64,000 bases of DNA from Minutocellus sp. GHC0000111 (taxonomy: Eukaryota), in assembly GCA_977018835.1 (NCBI GenBank), contig OZ361258.1:2418001-2482000 (forward strand). The letters are read 5' to 3'. Below the pieces are notes generated by a model. That model saw only the letters and a program-made list of their open reading frames with translations. It did not search any database and was not told the origin of the DNA. Numbering within the stretch: the stretch's first letter is position 1; the number at the start of each line of letters is the position of its first letter. Position numbers and translations under genes: made by a program. Positions 61,909-64,000 of the stretch are shown piece after piece.

Positions 61909-62808
61909 ATGCCAACATCGTCTCTTCCCCCTTCGGTGTCTGCCTCGTCAGCAAGCCACCTCATTCTCGCATTGTCGTTCCTCCTCATCGCCATCTCGGC
62001 CTTCCCGGCAAGTGCCGAGCGACGACAGCAAGAACAACGCACACCATTGATCGTTTCGGGCAAGGTCCTCGATGATCAGAACAATCCGCTTCCAAATGCT
62101 CTCGTTCAGATATGGCAAACTCATCCAATCTCGGGGCTCTACAACCACCCAAGCTCTGCGACTCCAGAGCAGATCGATCCCACGTTTCAATACTTTGGCA
62201 CCGCCACCGCAGAGGAAGATGGCACATATGAATTCATCACGTACAAACCAGCGCCATTTTCCTACCGTGCACCGCACATTCACTTCAAGGTGTGGCTTCC
62301 CTCGAACGAGCGCGATGATGAGGGAAATGACAGCAGATCCAATGTCCTGACGTCGCAATTCTACTTTCGTGAGGATGGAACGCGGGCCGATGAACGACTA
62401 TTGCTGGATCTGGAAGAAGTATCGGATGTCAATGGCAACGCTGCTCTACGTACCAACAAGAATATCGTAATTGGGGGTAGCAATGGAAATACTGGTGGGA
62501 ATGTCGTAACTCCGTCGCAGACGGAAGGACCATTCTATCCAGTTGAGAATTTCTTTGAGCTTGGTGGCAACTTGATCAAGACGGCCGATGATGTACCCGA
62601 AGAGGAGGACGAGTTGGTAGATATCGATGATGAGGAAGAGGTGGAAGAGGATGGTGTTGTAGACATTGCTACTGCACCTGGCGATGCTGACAAATCGGCG
62701 TCTTCTTTGCAAGAGGCGACATCTCCATCGTCATCTGCAGTATTCGCTTCAATTTTCGTGCCGGCATTGTTCATGCTACTTTCGATTTTCAGCAATCTAA
62801 TTCACTAA
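61909..62808 (+). CDS. Intradiol ring-cleavage dioxygenase-like protein, secreted, with a GPI-anchor-like C-terminus
   Basis: PLIVSGKVLD...PLPNALVQIWQ..GLY.H..DP.FQYFG..DG.YEF.T.KP..RAPHIHFKV..LTSQFYF. Signal peptide; S-rich linker followed by a hydrophobic tail. Confidence 0.85.
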   Translation: MPTSSLPPSVSASSASHLILALSFLLIAISAFPASAERRQQEQRTPLIVSGKVLDDQNNPLPNALVQIWQTHPISGLYNHPSSATPEQIDPTFQYFGTATAEEDGTYEFITYKPAPFSYRAPHIHFKVWLPSNERDDEGNDSRSNVLTSQFYFREDGTRADERLLLDLEEVSDVNGNAALRTNKNIVIGGSNGNTGGNVVTPSQTEGPFYPVENFFELGGNLIKTADDVPEEEDELVDIDDEEEVEEDGVVDIATAPGDADKSASSLQEATSPSSSAVFASIFVPALFMLLSIFSNLIH

Positions 62809-62887
62809 GTCACTTTGCTCCGTAGATTTGCTAAGGTTTAATTTCAGGTTGTAGAATACAAGTTATCATTAGCTTAGATCATCTGAT

Positions 62888-64000
62888 CTAGTATACATCC
62901 TCAAACAACCTGTCATTGCTGACAATTTCCCCAGCTCGGAGCTCAACTCCATTCTTCAACGAACCCAGCGACACGCCGCCCTCTCTACCGTTGCTATCCC
63001 GAATGTGCTTGAGCCGCTCCCAGGCATCTTTCGGGCGTAGATCTCCAGCCATGACGCCAAGGTAAGACATTACAACTTCCTCGGCATCTTCGGGGCTCTC
63101 GTCGACCAGTTCGACATGCAATCTGCCAATACCGACGTCGCTCCACTCCTTGATGGAGTGCACTCCACTTTGCGCTTCGGCAGTAAAGACTGTATTGCGG
63201 CAACCCATGTCGGCCAGAACCAGATTGTCGTTTCCAGTCTGGTCACGCAGATGCACCGTGTGGCGAGTGCAAGCATGTCCACAATCAACGTAGGAGTTTC
63301 CGTTGGACAAGAAGCGGGCAAACACACAGTGCTCCGTGTGAAAGATGGGAATGTGGGTATGAGCAATGACTTCAAGCCTCGCTGCATTCTCCTGTCCCAT
63401 CAATTCGGCAAGTTCTGTTATCGAATTCGCATTCAAGTCGTATGCCGCAGTGATGCGCGAAAGGCCCTCTGATAACATCTCCCCTGCTGTAATGACATTG
63501 CACACATTTAACGAAAAGTCTCCATAAAGCTCTGGAATTGTCACAAAGCAATCGTCTTCTCCCTGACTCTTTGACGCTAGATTGACCTTTCCTCCCTCGC
63601 CGCCAAGTGATGTCATGCGTTGCAGCAGACCGGCACTTCTTATAAGAAGACCATCAGGTTCCAATCTAAGCAACGTTCTCCATATACCGCATTCGCCAGG
63701 CTTGATAACGCGAGGGGATGCAACCACAGCCTTGACGCTCCCATCCTTAAGGTCTCGAATTCGTTTCACTGCATCCTTCATTCCATCGATTTCGAGAAAA
63801 TCGATGATAATTTCGTCGATTGGCTCTCCATCCTCAATCATTTGGCAGATGCGATCTACCTGCTCATACGATCGGGCGAGTACTGATAGCTCTTCGACGA
63901 CTTCGTGGGGATCGAGGCCCTCCTTGACAACTTCGCTCTGCCCGTTGACATCATCATTTCCAGAAAGGCCTCCAAAATCTTCGACGGCGTCGCGACGGGC
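62888..64000 (-). CDS. Peptidase U32 family (RlhA/YdcP-like) protein, 3' part; continues beyond the window
   Basis: PRVIKPGE, GDFSLNV.N, FHTEHCVFARFLS.G..Y.DCG..C and ADMGCRNTVF..QS motifs. Confidence 0.82.
   Translation of the reverse strand, partial: ARRDAVEDFGGLSGNDDVNGQSEVVKEGLDPHEVVEELSVLARSYEQVDRICQMIEDGEPIDEIIIDFLEIDGMKDAVKRIRDLKDGSVKAVVASPRVIKPGECGIWRTLLRLEPDGLLIRSAGLLQRMTSLGGEGGKVNLASKSQGEDDCFVTIPELYGDFSLNVCNVITAGEMLSEGLSRITAAYDLNANSITELAELMGQENAARLEVIAHTHIPIFHTEHCVFARFLSNGNSYVDCGHACTRHTVHLRDQTGNDNLVLADMGCRNTVFTAEAQSGVHSIKEWSDVGIGRLHVELVDESPEDAEEVVMSYLGVMAGDLRPKDAWERLKHIRDSNGREGGVSLGSLKNGVELRAGEIVSNDRLFEDVY

Overview
Gene-dense, intron-containing eukaryotic nuclear DNA, most likely from a diatom (frustulin-type ACR domains, CoDi-type Copia, DUF6824 and diatom-style split HMG-box genes). 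It holds about 22 protein-coding genes, one tRNA-Arg(CCT), an apparently intact PIF/Harbinger-superfamily DNA transposon (21316-24734) and an internally deleted Copia LTR retrotransposon (34522-37996, TSD CAACT). Best candidates for something new: (1) a small secreted 3-exon gene (5560-6217), invisible to the ORF track, whose 15-nt micro-exon starts with an in-frame TGA in the motif CGFCIG-U-AGQTNC, with a SECIS-like hairpin downstream, i.e. a probable selenoprotein; (2) the Copia element has no tRNA-type PBS but a PBS complementary to its own LTR (Tf1-like self-priming), and a single UGA plus stem-loop between gag and pol; (3) a TpA->TpG/CpA mutational signature in the retroelement; (4) the DNA transposon sits in an AA^TT site with no target duplication. 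Many genes carry single-base frameshifts at homopolymers, probably assembly errors. All family calls are by motif recognition only; no searches were run.
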